A stretch of 64,000 nt of DNA from an uncultured Candidatus Rokubacteria bacterium (GCA_963747235.1 CAVVEU010000024.1:640001-704000), one strand, 5' to 3'. Shown: positions 1-10,996, counted from the stretch's first letter. Translations and numbers: made by a program. The notes: generated from the sequence alone by a model not told the origin.

Positions 1-216
1 GGCGGCTGGCTGGAGGATGCGGGACGCCTGCAGGCCGACGTGAGCACGCTCGAGACCGAGCGGGCCGCGCTGGCGGAAGAGGTGCGACGGCTCCGGGAGG
101 CGAACGACGGACTGCGCGGGGAGCGGGACGACCTGTCCGACGCGCTCCAGACGCTCGCGGGCCAGGCCACCCGTGCCGCCGACGAGGTCCTGCACCGCAT
201 CAGCGGGCGGCGATGA
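1..216 (+). CDS. 3' part of a coiled-coil hypothetical protein
   Basis: Frame 1 is open from base 1 (GGWLEDAGRLQADVSTLETERAALAEEVRRLREANDGLRGERDDL...) to TGA at 214-216, with an ATGA overlap onto the next gene. Confidence 0.65.
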   Translation, partial: GGWLEDAGRLQADVSTLETERAALAEEVRRLREANDGLRGERDDLSDALQTLAGQATRAADEVLHRISGRR

Positions 217-647
217 GCGCGGACTCGATGAGCGCAGAGTATGCGGAGCGCCGTCGGATCCTGGTGATGGACGACGACGAGCGGGAGCGCCAGGAGACCG
301 CGCGCGTCCTCGGAGAAGCCGGCTACGCGGTGGACACCGCCGCGACGAAGGCGGACGTGGTGACGCTGCTGGCCCGGCACGGCTACGATCTCGTGCTCGC
401 CGACCTCAACATGCCCGAGCTCAACGGGCCGGCCTTCTACGAGCTGCTGAAGGAATCCGGCCGGATCGCGCCCGTGATCTTCCGGATCCAGCGTGGGTAC
501 ACGCCCCAGTACGCGAACTTCCTCATGCGGCTGGCCGCGCCCGTGCTCATGAAGCCCGCCCCCGCGGCCGACCTGTGCGTGGCGGTGGAGCGCCAGCTCC
601 CGCCGAGCCCGGCCGCGCCGCAGGCCGCGTCCTCGCTCGCGTCCTGA
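213..647 (+). CDS. Single-domain response regulator (CheY-like receiver)
   Basis: RILVMDDD, DLVLADLNMPELNG and LMKP receiver motifs. Confidence 0.85.
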   Translation: MSADSMSAEYAERRRILVMDDDERERQETARVLGEAGYAVDTAATKADVVTLLARHGYDLVLADLNMPELNGPAFYELLKESGRIAPVIFRIQRGYTPQYANFLMRLAAPVLMKPAPAADLCVAVERQLPPSPAAPQAASSLAS

Positions 648-734
648 TCCGGCCGGTTTCCGGCACAATTCCGGGCCCATTCGGGGAGGCGTGGTAGAAT
701 CCCTGCCTGCAACTCGCTGATCTGATTACCAAAA

Positions 735-810
735 GGCGGCGTAGCTCAGGTGGCAGAGCAGGGGTCTCATAAGCCCCGTGTCGGAGGTTCGAGTCCTCCC
801 GCCGCCACCA
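735..810 (+). tRNA. tRNA-Met (CAT), probably elongator
   Basis: GGCGGCG/CGCCGCC acceptor stem, TAGCTCAG D-arm, GGGGT-CTCATAA-GCCCC anticodon arm, GGTTCGAGTCC T-arm, encoded ACCA; extended -10 TGGTAGAAT upstream near 692-700. Confidence 0.95.
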
Positions 811-811
811 A

Positions 812-955
812 CTAACGTGGGCGGTTCAAGAGGCGCTCGCGCTCCTCCCACTGCTGCTGGGTCCGACGCAGGCGTCGCCGCTCCGTGACGGTGTGAACGA
901 CGCCGACCAGGGCGGTGAAGACCACGGCCGCGAGTCCGACGAGGGCCAGGGTCAT
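812..955 (-). CDS. Small single-TM membrane protein (47 aa)
   Basis: MTLALVGLAAVVFTALVGVVHTVTERRRLRR...: hydrophobic helix followed by a basic tail. An ATG at 984, 6 nt after TACGAT, is one base out of frame (indel or a short coupled uORF). Confidence 0.55.
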   Translation of the reverse strand: MTLALVGLAAVVFTALVGVVHTVTERRRLRRTQQQWEERERLLNRPR

Positions 956-1037
956 GGGGACGGGGTCCGCGGCGTGGAGTTCATACCCGCATCGTATCGC
1001 ACCGGGTAAGTCATTGCCAAATAAGCGGACGCCTCGG

Positions 1038-1066
1038 TTGAAGTCGGTCGGGCCGTCCGCTAGACT
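1038..1066 (+). promoter_or_regulatory. Sigma70-type promoter of the crotonase/pterin operon
   Basis: TTGAAG-N17-TAGACT. Confidence 0.6.
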
Positions 1067-1120
1067 GATCCCTCGTGACCAGATCCTGGCCCGCCTGCGA
1101 GCCCCCAAGGGAGAGACGAC

Positions 1121-1906
1121 ATGAGTGACCATATCCTGGTGGAGCAGGACGGGCCCGTCGCCACCGTCGTGTTCAACCGGCCGAAGATGCGCAACGCGAT
1201 CAGCCTGGCCATGTGGTCGGAGATCGCCGCGGTGACCGACCGCCTGTCCAAGGACGACGCGGTGCGCGCCATCGTCTACCGCGGGGCGGGGACCGACGCC
1301 TTCGCCTCCGGGGCGGACATCTCCGAGTTCCAGGAGAACCGCAAGGACACCGCGACCGCGCTCAACTACAACCAGCAGACCGAGGCCGCCTACTCCTCGA
1401 TCCGGGTGTGCCCGAAGCCGACCGTGGCCATGGTCTTCGGCTACTGCATGGGCGGGGCGATGGCCCTCGCGATGGCCGCGGACTTCCGCTTCGCCGCGGC
1501 GGGCTCGAGGTTCGGCATCCCGGCCGCGCGGCTCAGCATCATCTACGGGCTCGATCCCGTGCACCAGCTCGTGGACCTGGTGGGGCCGGCCTACGCCAAG
1601 GACATCCTCTACTCGGCGCGCACCGTGGAGGCGGAGGAGGCGCTCCGCATCGGCTTCATCCAGCGCCTGGTGCCCGCGGCGGAGCTCGAGGCGTACACCT
1701 ACGACTATCTCAAGAAGGTCGCGACCAACGCGCCGCTCTCGGTGCGGGGGACCAAGGCCCAGGTGCAGGCCATCTTCGAGGGCATCACCGACGCCCACCG
1801 CGAGAACCTCCGCTCCCTGGGCATCACGACGTTCGACAGCGAGGACTACAAGGAAGGCACGCGGGCCTTCCTCGAGAAGCGGGCGCCCCGGTTCCAGGGG
1901 CGATAG
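1121..1906 (+). CDS. Enoyl-CoA hydratase/isomerase (crotonase) family protein
   Basis: FNRPKMRNAI, AFASGADISEF, GYCMGGA, DYKEGTRAFLEKRAPRFQGR; GGGAG RBS. Confidence 0.92.
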   Translation: MSDHILVEQDGPVATVVFNRPKMRNAISLAMWSEIAAVTDRLSKDDAVRAIVYRGAGTDAFASGADISEFQENRKDTATALNYNQQTEAAYSSIRVCPKPTVAMVFGYCMGGAMALAMAADFRFAAAGSRFGIPAARLSIIYGLDPVHQLVDLVGPAYAKDILYSARTVEAEEALRIGFIQRLVPAAELEAYTYDYLKKVATNAPLSVRGTKAQVQAIFEGITDAHRENLRSLGITTFDSEDYKEGTRAFLEKRAPRFQGR

Positions 1907-1909
1907 CCT

Positions 1910-3004
1910 CTGCGCGTCACCGTTCTCTCGTCGACCCCTCTCAATCCGCTGGAGGGGAGCGGGACCTTCGTCGGCATCGCGGGGCTGGCGCAAGGGCTCG
2001 CCCAGCTCGGCCACCAGGTCACCCTGCGCCCGCTCGGGCGCCGCACCGGGTTCCACACCCTCGACCGGTGGCTCTACAACGCGGGCGTCGCCCTCCGGCC
2101 GCCGCGCGAGGCCGACCTGGTGCTCGGGGTGGATCTCGACGGCTTCATGTGGGCGCGGCGGCGCGCGCTGCCCTTCGTGGCGAGCCTCAAGGGCATCATC
2201 GCCGACGAGCTGCGGAACGAGCGCGGCTGGGTCCGGGTGCTGCTCTCGGTGCAGGCGCGCTGGGAGCGTCGCAACGTCGAGCGCGCCGACCTCGTCGTCG
2301 TCACGAGCCGCTACTCGGCCGAGGTGGCGCAGCGCGAGTACGGGGTGCCGCTCGAGCGCATCGCGGTGGTGCCGGAGCCGATCGACCTCGAGGTGTGGGA
2401 CGACCAGTTCTGGCGCGCCCCGCGGCGGCCCCGCAACGGGCCGGTGGTGCTCAGCGTGGCCCGCATGTACCCGCGCAAGCGCCTCGCGGATCTCCTCCAC
2501 GCCGCGGCGATCCTGCGCGCGCGCGTCGACGGGATCCAGGTGCGCATCGTCGGCCGCGGCCCGGAGTGGGACACCCTCTCGCGTCTCCACGCGGAGCTGG
2601 GCCTGGGCGACGCGGTCGCGCTCCTGGGCGACCTGACCCGCGAGCGCCTGGCCGAGGAGTACGTGAACGCCTCGGTGTTCTGCCTGCCCTCGGTGCAGGA
2701 GGGCTTCGGCATCGTGTTCCTGGAGGCGATGGCGGCGGAGCTGCCGGTGGTGGCCTGCCGTATCGCGGCGGTGCCCGAGGTGGTGCTCCACGACACGACC
2801 GGGCTCCTGGTGGCGCCGCGCGATCCGGGCGCGCTCGCGGCGACGATCGAGCGGCTGATCCGCGAGCCCGCGCTGGCCAAGCGGCTGGGGCAGGAGGGCC
2901 GCCGTCGCGCGCTGGGCTTCTCGCCGCGGGCCGTCGCGGAGCGCTTCCTGAGCGCGGTACACTCCACGCAGGACCGGCTGGGACAGCAGGCCCGAGGAGG
3001 CTGA
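1910..3004 (+). CDS. Glycosyltransferase family 4 (GT-B), candidate pteridine glycosyltransferase
   Basis: SVARMYPRKR, FCLPSVQEGFGIVFLEAMAA (EX7E). The frame extends upstream of GTG2120 to CTG1910 (LRVTVLSS...GHQVT), a typical GT4 N-terminus. Confidence 0.88.
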   Translation: MRVTVLSSTPLNPLEGSGTFVGIAGLAQGLAQLGHQVTLRPLGRRTGFHTLDRWLYNAGVALRPPREADLVLGVDLDGFMWARRRALPFVASLKGIIADELRNERGWVRVLLSVQARWERRNVERADLVVVTSRYSAEVAQREYGVPLERIAVVPEPIDLEVWDDQFWRAPRRPRNGPVVLSVARMYPRKRLADLLHAAAILRARVDGIQVRIVGRGPEWDTLSRLHAELGLGDAVALLGDLTRERLAEEYVNASVFCLPSVQEGFGIVFLEAMAAELPVVACRIAAVPEVVLHDTTGLLVAPRDPGALAATIERLIREPALAKRLGQEGRRRALGFSPRAVAERFLSAVHSTQDRLGQQARGG

Positions 3005-3011
3005 TCGTTCC

Positions 3012-3413
3012 ATGGTGTACGCGACGCGGAAGTTCACGTTCTCGGCGGGCCACCGCTACGGGCGGCCCGAGTGGAGCGCGGAGGAGAACGCGCGGGTGTT
3101 CGGCTCGCTCACCGTGCCCCACGGGCACAACTACATGCTCGAGGTGACGATCCGCGGCGAGATCGACCCGCGCACCGGCATGGTGATGGACCTGGGCGAG
3201 CTCAAGCGCGTGGTCGGCGACGCGGTGGTGTCCCGCTTCGACCACGCGGATCTCAACCAGGACCCGCTCTTCCCGCCCGGAACGATCCCCACCACCGAGA
3301 ACCTCGTCCGCGTGATCTGGGACCTGCTCGGCCCGAAGCTCGGCGCCGAGCGCCTGCACCGCCTGCGGCTCTGGGAGGATCCCACGTTCTACGTGGAGTA
3401 CCTCGGCGGGTGA
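3012..3413 (+). CDS. 6-pyruvoyl-tetrahydropterin synthase family protein A (lacks catalytic Cys)
   Basis: FSAGHRY...[20 protein letters not shown]...[13 protein letters not shown]...PTTENL. Confidence 0.9.
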   Translation: MVYATRKFTFSAGHRYGRPEWSAEENARVFGSLTVPHGHNYMLEVTIRGEIDPRTGMVMDLGELKRVVGDAVVSRFDHADLNQDPLFPPGTIPTTENLVRVIWDLLGPKLGAERLHRLRLWEDPTFYVEYLGG

Positions 3414-3844
3414 GCGCCTTCGCGGTCACCCGGGCGTATCACTTCAGCGCCGCGCACCGGCTCGCCAACCCCGCCCTCTCCGACGAGGAGAACGCGCGGA
3501 TCTACGGCCAGTGCTTCCGCCAGCACGGGCACAACTACGGGCTCGAGGTCACGGTGGCCGGCGCGCTCGATCCCGCCACCGGCATGTCGGTGGATCTCGG
3601 CGTGGTGGACGCGGCGGTGAAGACGGCGGTGCTGGACCGCGTCGACCACTACGATCTCTCCGCCACCGTGCCCGCGCTCGCGGGCGTGATCACGACCGGC
3701 GAGAACCTGGCCCGCGTGTTCTACCAGTGGCTCGAGGCCGCGCTGCCCCCGGGCGTGCTCCGGCGCGTGACCCTGGTGGAGACCGCCAACAACGTGTTCG
3801 AGTACTCCGGCGAGACCCACGCCGACGAGGTGATCCCACGATGA
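3410..3844 (+). CDS. 6-pyruvoyl-tetrahydropterin synthase family protein B
   Basis: GTG start overlapping the previous TGA; [32 protein letters not shown]...DPATGM...TGENLA...VETANN. Confidence 0.9.
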   Translation: MSAFAVTRAYHFSAAHRLANPALSDEENARIYGQCFRQHGHNYGLEVTVAGALDPATGMSVDLGVVDAAVKTAVLDRVDHYDLSATVPALAGVITTGENLARVFYQWLEAALPPGVLRRVTLVETANNVFEYSGETHADEVIPR

Positions 3845-4404
3845 TCGAGCGGCTCATTCACGACCTCCTGAAGGAGATCGGCGAGGACCCGACGCGCGAG
3901 GGCCTGGAGAAGACGCCGGCCCGCGTGGCCAAGGCGTGGGAGTACCTCACCTCCGGCTACAAGCAGGACGCGCGCGCGGTGCTGAACGAGGCGCTCTTCA
4001 CCGAGGAATACGACGAGATGGTGGTGGTGAAGGACATCGACCTGTATTCCCTGTGTGAGCACCACCTCCTCCCATTCGTTGGCAAGTGTCACATCGCGTA
4101 CATGCCGTCGCGCAAGATCGTCGGGCTCTCGAAGCTGCCGCGCCTGGTGGAGATGTTCGCGCGCCGGCTGCAGGTGCAGGAGCGGCTGACCACCCAGATC
4201 GCGCAGACGCTCAACGAGGTCCTGCAGCCGCGCGGCGTGGCGGTGGTGATCGAAGCGATTCACATGTGCATGCTGATGCGCGGGGTGGAGAAGCAGAACT
4301 CCAAGGCGGTCACGTCCGCGATGCTCGGCGCCTTCCGCGAGAACGCGGAGACCCGCGCCGAGTTCATGGAGCTGATCCGGTCGCGCGGCGGGCTGGTGAT
4401 TTGA
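3841..4404 (+). CDS. folE: GTP cyclohydrolase I
   Basis: [54 protein letters not shown]. Confidence 0.97.
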   Translation: MIERLIHDLLKEIGEDPTREGLEKTPARVAKAWEYLTSGYKQDARAVLNEALFTEEYDEMVVVKDIDLYSLCEHHLLPFVGKCHIAYMPSRKIVGLSKLPRLVEMFARRLQVQERLTTQIAQTLNEVLQPRGVAVVIEAIHMCMLMRGVEKQNSKAVTSAMLGAFRENAETRAEFMELIRSRGGLVI

Positions 4405-5117
4405 AGCTCGCCGGCCAGGTCGCGGTCGTCACCGGAGCCGGCCGCGGCATCGGCCGCGCGGTCGCGGTGCGCCTGGCCCGCGAGGGGGCCGCGGTGGCGC
4501 TGGCCGCGCGCTCCGCGCCCGAGCTCGACGGGGTGGCGCGCGAGATCGCCCAGGCCGGTGGACGGGCCCTGGCCGTCCCCACCGACGTGCGCCAGGAGGC
4601 CGCGGTGGAGGCCCTGGCGCGGCGGGCGCTCGCCGAGTGGGGGCGGGTGGACGCGCTGGTGAACGCGGCCGGCCTCGCCACCTTCGCGCCGGTGACCGAC
4701 TCCAAGCTGGACGACTGGGACCAGATGCTGGCGGTGAATCTCCGCGGCGCGGTGCTGTGCTGCCGGGCGGTGCTGCCCGCCATGATCGCCCAGCGGCGGG
4801 GCACCATCATCAACGTGGGCTCGGTCGTGACGAGCCGGGCGCTCACCGGGAGCGCCGCCTACACCGCCTCCAAGTACGGGCTGCTCGGCTTCTCCCGGGT
4901 GCTGGCCGAGGAGATGCGGGCCCACGGGGTCCGGGTGGGGGTGCTCTCGGCGGGCGCCACCGACACCCCGCTCTGGGATGCCATGCCCGCGGCGCCGGCC
5001 CGGGAGCGCATGCTGCGGCCCGACCAGGTGGCGGAGGCCGCCCTGCTGATGGCCTCCCTGGACCCCAACGCCACCCTGGAGGAGCTGACCCTGCTGCCCG
5101 CGGGCGGCATCCTGTGA
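4401..5117 (+). CDS. SDR oxidoreductase, sepiapterin-reductase-like
   Basis: TTG start overlapping the folE stop; [35 protein letters not shown]. Confidence 0.85.
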   Translation: MKLAGQVAVVTGAGRGIGRAVAVRLAREGAAVALAARSAPELDGVAREIAQAGGRALAVPTDVRQEAAVEALARRALAEWGRVDALVNAAGLATFAPVTDSKLDDWDQMLAVNLRGAVLCCRAVLPAMIAQRRGTIINVGSVVTSRALTGSAAYTASKYGLLGFSRVLAEEMRAHGVRVGVLSAGATDTPLWDAMPAAPARERMLRPDQVAEAALLMASLDPNATLEELTLLPAGGIL

Positions 5118-5153
5118 GCCGTCCCGAGGCCCCCGGCAGGGCCCGAACCCTTC

Positions 5154-5162
5154 TGCTATAAT
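5154..5162 (+). promoter_or_regulatory. Extended -10 promoter upstream of iscA/erpA
   Basis: TGCTATAAT; AAGGAGG RBS downstream. Confidence 0.65.
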
Positions 5163-5216
5163 GAGCCCGCAGTCTGATACCCCGCGCCTGCGGGGAAACC
5201 CCAAGGAGGGGCACGA

Positions 5217-5543
5217 ATGCTCACGTTGACTGAGACGGCCGCCAAGAAGATCTCGGATCTGCGGCTCGAAGAAGGCAAGCCCGAGTGGGGTCTCCGGATC
5301 CGCGTCGTCGGCGGCGGCTGCTCCGGCATGTCCTACGAGCTGGGGTGGGACGATACCCCGGTCGAGGGCGACAATGTCGTCGAGACGAACGGCGTGAAGG
5401 TGTTCGTGGATTCCCACAGCACGCCGTATCTCCAGGGCAGCGAGATCGACTACGTGGACAACAACATGCTGGGCGCCGGGTTCGCCATCAAGAACCCGAA
5501 CGTCAAGTCGTCCTGCGGCTGCGGCTCGTCGCACCAGTTCTAG
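5217..5543 (+). CDS. A-type Fe-S carrier protein (IscA/ErpA/HesB)
   Basis: GGGCSGMSY and NPNVKSSCGCGSSH motifs. Confidence 0.95.
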   Translation: MLTLTETAAKKISDLRLEEGKPEWGLRIRVVGGGCSGMSYELGWDDTPVEGDNVVETNGVKVFVDSHSTPYLQGSEIDYVDNNMLGAGFAIKNPNVKSSCGCGSSHQF

Positions 5544-5589
5544 TCGGCCGGCCAGAAGCCCAGGCTCGTTCGATGCCCAGGGCCGCTCG

Positions 5590-6270
5590 ATGAAGGTCCA
5601 GGTCCGGCTGTTCGCCCGCTACCGCGAGGAGGCGGGCCGCGATCACCTGGACCTGGAGCTCGCCGACGGCGGCACCGTCGAGCGCGCCTGGGAAGCGGTC
5701 ACCCGCCAGTACCCCGTCCTCGTTCCGTATCGCCCCTACACGCTCTTCGCCCTGCGCAACGACTACGTCGGCGCCGATCACCCGCTCGGGGACGGCGACG
5801 AGCTCTGCCTGTTTCCCCCGGTGAGCGGCGGCGCGGCCGTGCCCGGGCAGGACTGGATCGAGGTCACCACCGAGCCCCTGTCGGAGCGCGCGGTGGCGCA
5901 GGCGGTGGAGCATCCGGGGGCGGGCGCGCTGGCCCTGTTCTCGGGCGTGGTGCGGGACCAGACCGGCGGACGCCGGGTGAAGTTCCTCGAGTACGAGGCG
6001 CACGGTGCCATGGCGCTGGCCAAGATGCGCGAGATCGGCGCGGCCATCCGGAGCCGCTGGCCCGCCATCACGCGGATCGCCCTCGTGCACCGCATCGGCC
6101 GCCTGGAGATCGGCGAGTCGAGCGTGATGATCGCGGTGTCCTCGCCCCATCGCGCGCTGGCCTTCGAGGCGTGCCGCTTCGCGATCGACACGCTCAAGGA
6201 GACGGTGCCGATCTGGAAGAAGGAGCACTTCGAGGACGGCGAGGTCTGGGTAGGGCCGCAATCTGGATAG
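5590..6270 (+). CDS. moaE: Fused molybdopterin synthase MoaD-MoaE (MoaX-like)
   Basis: MKVQVRLFA...PPVSGG ubiquitin-like domain followed by GALALFSGVVR...HRIGRLEIGE...LKETVPIWKKE. Confidence 0.93.
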   Translation: MKVQVRLFARYREEAGRDHLDLELADGGTVERAWEAVTRQYPVLVPYRPYTLFALRNDYVGADHPLGDGDELCLFPPVSGGAAVPGQDWIEVTTEPLSERAVAQAVEHPGAGALALFSGVVRDQTGGRRVKFLEYEAHGAMALAKMREIGAAIRSRWPAITRIALVHRIGRLEIGESSVMIAVSSPHRALAFEACRFAIDTLKETVPIWKKEHFEDGEVWVGPQSG

Positions 6271-7645
6271 CCTCGCCGTCCGCGTCCAGGACACCATTCG
6301 CCGTCACGGGATGCTCCGTGGCGGCGAAGTCGTCTTGGTGGCCGTCTCCGGCGGCGCCGATTCGGTCGCGCTCCTCGACGTCCTCTGCGCGCTGCGGGAG
6401 CCCCTCGGCCTGACGCTCCGCGTGGCCCACGTGCATCACGGCCTGCGTTCCGAGGCCGACGCGGAGGCCGACGACGTGCGGCGCCTCTCCGAGAGCCTGG
6501 GCGTGGCCTGCCACGTCGAGCGGGTCACGGTGCGCCGGGCGCCGCCCTGGGACGGGCTCGAGGCGGAGAGCCGGCGGGCCCGTCACGCCGCGCTCGAGCG
6601 CGTGGCGCGCGTGGTCGGAGCCGCGCGCATCGCCACCGGCCACACCGCGGACGACCAGGCCGAGACCGTGCTGATGCGCCTGCTGCAGGGCGCGGGCCCG
6701 CGCGGGCTGGGCGGCATCGCGCCGGCGCGTGGGCCGCTGATCCGCCCGCTGATCGAGACGCGGCGGGCCGCGATCGAGGAGCACCTGCGCGGGCGCGGGC
6801 TCGCCTGGGCGGAGGACCCGAGCAACCGCGACCCGCGCTTCCTCCGCAACCGCATCCGCCACGACCTGCTGCCCTTCATGGCGGAGCTCAACGGGGCCTC
6901 GGTGGTGGAAGCGCTCGCCCGCTCCGCGGCGGCCGCGCGCGCGGTGGTGGGCGACCTGGAGGAGCGGGCTCGCGCGGACCTCGCGCGCCTGGCCACGCGC
7001 GACGGGGCGGGGCTGAGCCTCGACGTCGGCGCGCTCGCCGAGCGGCCGATCGAGCTGGCCGCGGAGGTGCTCCGCCAGGCCGCCGCGGCGCTCGGCGAGA
7101 CGCGCCCGCTGCGAGGGCCCGCGCAGCGCGCGCTCCGCCGGCTGCTCGGGGACGCCCCGCCCCGTCGCGGCGCCCGCCTGGGCCGCCTGGCCGTGGAGCG
7201 CAGCGGCCGGCGGCTCCGCGTCGGACCGGTGGCGCTGCCCGCGCTCGTGGCCCGCGCCTGGCCGGTGCCGGGCGGGCTCGAGCTGCCCGAGATCAACGCG
7301 CGGCTCGGCGCCCGCATCGTCGCCCGGGCGCGCGACTACGCGATCCCGCGCGAGCCCGGGCGCGCCGCCTTCGACGCCGACACGCTCCCGCCCACGCTCG
7401 CGGTGCGCGCGCGCCGCCGCGGCGACGTCTTCTCGCCCTTCGGCGCGCCCGCGCTGCGGCGGCTCAAGTCGTTCCTGATCGACGCGGGCGTGCCGCGATG
7501 GCAGCGCGCGCGGACCCCGCTCGTCGAGGCGGGCGGTGAGATCATCTGGGTCGCGGGCATCCGCCGCGGCTCGATCGCGCCGGTGACCGCCGCGACCACG
7601 CGGGTCCTCGAGCTGGCGCTCGATCGCGACAGCCCCACGGAGTAG
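6263..7645 (+). CDS. tilS: tRNA(Ile)-lysidine synthase
   Basis: VAVSGGADS, HVHHGLR, TGHTADDQAETVL, EDPSN...RNRIR, C-terminal LKSFLIDAGVPRWQR. First ATG is at 6311; the frame extends to CTG6263 (VQDTIRRHGML). Confidence 0.93.
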   Translation: MDSLAVRVQDTIRRHGMLRGGEVVLVAVSGGADSVALLDVLCALREPLGLTLRVAHVHHGLRSEADAEADDVRRLSESLGVACHVERVTVRRAPPWDGLEAESRRARHAALERVARVVGAARIATGHTADDQAETVLMRLLQGAGPRGLGGIAPARGPLIRPLIETRRAAIEEHLRGRGLAWAEDPSNRDPRFLRNRIRHDLLPFMAELNGASVVEALARSAAAARAVVGDLEERARADLARLATRDGAGLSLDVGALAERPIELAAEVLRQAAAALGETRPLRGPAQRALRRLLGDAPPRRGARLGRLAVERSGRRLRVGPVALPALVARAWPVPGGLELPEINARLGARIVARARDYAIPREPGRAAFDADTLPPTLAVRARRRGDVFSPFGAPALRRLKSFLIDAGVPRWQRARTPLVEAGGEIIWVAGIRRGSIAPVTAATTRVLELALDRDSPTE

Positions 7646-7690
7646 CCGTCCCCCGCATCGGGCGGTAAGATGTTTCGCGGAGGCCCGCCC

Positions 7691-9167
7691 ATGACGATGC
7701 CGTGTCGCGCCGTCGCCGTCCCGCTGCTCCTCGTGCTCCTGGGCGCGCTCGCGGCGCCGGCGCCGGCCGCAGCCCCGCGCGCCCCAGGCCTCGCGACCGG
7801 TCGCACCCGCGCCCGACTCGCAGCGGCTCCTGCGCGCCCTGGAAGACGCGTTCGTCTCCGTCGCGGATCGCGCCACGCCCTCGGTGGTGAACGTGAGCGT
7901 CAAGGTCAAGCGCGAGGCCCGGCCCGAGGGCGGCGCGGCGCCCGAGATGGAGGAGCGCTTCCGCGAGTTCTTCGGCCCCGAGCTCTTCGAGCGCTTCTTC
8001 CGCCGGCGGGCGCCGCGCGACGAGGGCCGGGCCGCGGGCTCGGGCGTCCTGGTGGACCCGCGCGGCTACATCCTGACCAACAACCACGTGGTGGAGAACG
8101 CGACCGAGATCGAGGTGCGCCTCTCCGACGACCGCAAGTTCAAGGCCACGCTCGTGGGCCGCGACGGGCGCACGGACCTGGCGGTGCTCAAGATCGAGAA
8201 CCCGGCGGGCCCGCTGCCGGTGGCCGACCTGGGCGACTCGGACCGCCTGCGGGTCGGGCAGTGGGCCATCGCCATCGGCAATCCCTTCGGCCTCGACCGC
8301 ACCGTGACCGTCGGCATCATCTCGGCCACCGGCCGCACCCACGTGGGCGTGGCCACCTACGAGGCCTTCATCCAGACCGACGCGTCCATCAACCCCGGCA
8401 ACTCGGGCGGGCCGCTGCTGAACCTGGACGGCCGCGTGGTGGGCATCAACACCGCGATCGTCTCGAGCGGGCAGGGCATCGGCTTCGCGATCCCGATCAA
8501 CATGGCGCGCGACATCATGACCCAGCTCATCAACCGCGGGAAGGTGGTGCGCGGCTGGCTGGGCATCGGCATCCAGGATCTGAGCCCCGAGCTGGCCGCG
8601 GGCTTCGGCGTGAAGGAAGACGCGGGCGTGCTGGTGGCCGACGTGATGAAGGACGGTCCCGCCGCCGCGGCCGGGCTCAAGCCCGGCGACGTCATCGTGG
8701 AGTTCGGCGGCTCGACGATCAAGGACGTGCCCGATCTGCAGAAGCGCGTGGCCGCGGTGGAGCCGGGCCGGGCCGCGCCGGTCAAGGTGCTGCGGGAGCA
8801 GAAGGCCGTCACCCTGAGCGTCACGATCGGCGAGCAGCCGACCGACGACGCGATGGAGGCCGCCGAGAGCGGCGACGAGATCCTGGGCCTCACGGTGGAG
8901 CCGCTCACGCCCGAGACGGCGCAGCAGAACCGTCTGGCGGCCCGCAGCGGGCTCCTGGTGACCGAGGTGGCCCCGGGCAGCGCGGGCGCGGCCGCCGGCA
9001 TCAAGACCGGCGACGCGATCCTCGAGGTGAACCGGCGGCCCGTGAGCGACGCGGCGGCCTTTCGCCAGGCGGTGGCCGGGCTCAAGCCGGGCGAATCGGT
9101 GCCGGTGTATCTCCAGCGGGGCGGGGGCGCCAACGAGTACGTGGTGCTCACCGCGCCGCGCCCGTGA
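7691..9167 (+). CDS. DegP/HtrA serine endoprotease with two PDZ domains (apparent frameshift near 7780)
   Basis: Signal peptide in one frame, then LEDAFVSVADRATPSVVN, TNNHVV, DLAVLKI, QTDASINPGNSGGPL, RGWLGI in the next frame. Confidence 0.92.
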
Positions 9168-9201
9168 CCGCGTTCGTCACCCAGTAAGCACAGGAATCCG
9201 C

Positions 9202-9230
9202 TTGACAGTTCTGGCGCCGATCCCTAATGT
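9202..9230 (+). promoter_or_regulatory. Sigma70-type promoter of the sigma54 activator
   Basis: TTGACA-N17-TAATGT. Confidence 0.6.
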
Positions 9231-9265
9231 GCCGGTCATTTCTTCCGGAATGGAGGGATACGCGC

Positions 9266-10747
<1,482 letters not shown>

Positions 10748-10778
10748 TCCGCTCGCGTCATCTGCTAGGCTGCGTAGC

Positions 10779-10994
10779 ATGGCAGACGACGACCTGACCG
10801 AGAGCATCGTCCGGCAGCACCTGCGAGACCACCCGGGCGAGGCGCAGTGCGCCGCCTGCCTGGCGCGGGACCTCGCCCTGCATCCCGGCAGTACGCTCAG
10901 CCGGATCCTGGACGACCTGGCCGAGCGGCGGCCCCCCTTCGCGCCCGGCCGCTGCCGGTGCGGCGCGGATGGGCTCATGTACGTGCTGCGGTAG
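10779..10994 (+). CDS. Small Cys-rich hypothetical protein (CxxC...CxC)
   Basis: 71 aa with QCAACLA and GRCRCG; extended -10 TGCTAGGCT ends 7 nt before the ATG (leaderless geometry). Confidence 0.65.
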   Translation: MADDDLTESIVRQHLRDHPGEAQCAACLARDLALHPGSTLSRILDDLAERRPPFAPGRCRCGADGLMYVLR

Positions 10995-10996
10995 AC

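Noticed and set aside
735-810. tRNA-Ile2 (CAT, lysidine) co-located with tilS, or initiator tRNA
   Set aside because: The GGCGGCG acceptor stem (G4-C69, G5-C68) fits elongator Met rather than Ile2. G1-C72 is paired, so it is not the initiator. Not fully excluded without an isotype model.
735-1120. tRNA as integration site of a genomic island
   Set aside because: No integrase and no repeat of the tRNA 3' end was noticed; flanking genes are housekeeping-like
1121-3004. Crotonase-GT4 fusion by TAG readthrough (same frame)
   Set aside because: The crotonase ends in the canonical FQGR C-terminus and no recoding signal is evident; re-initiation at CTG is simpler
3012-4404. Queuosine or 7-deazaguanine DNA-modification cluster (folE plus queD)
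   Set aside because: No queC, queE, queF, tgt or dpd genes in the window; the PTPS scaffold and adjacent SDR fit biopterin better
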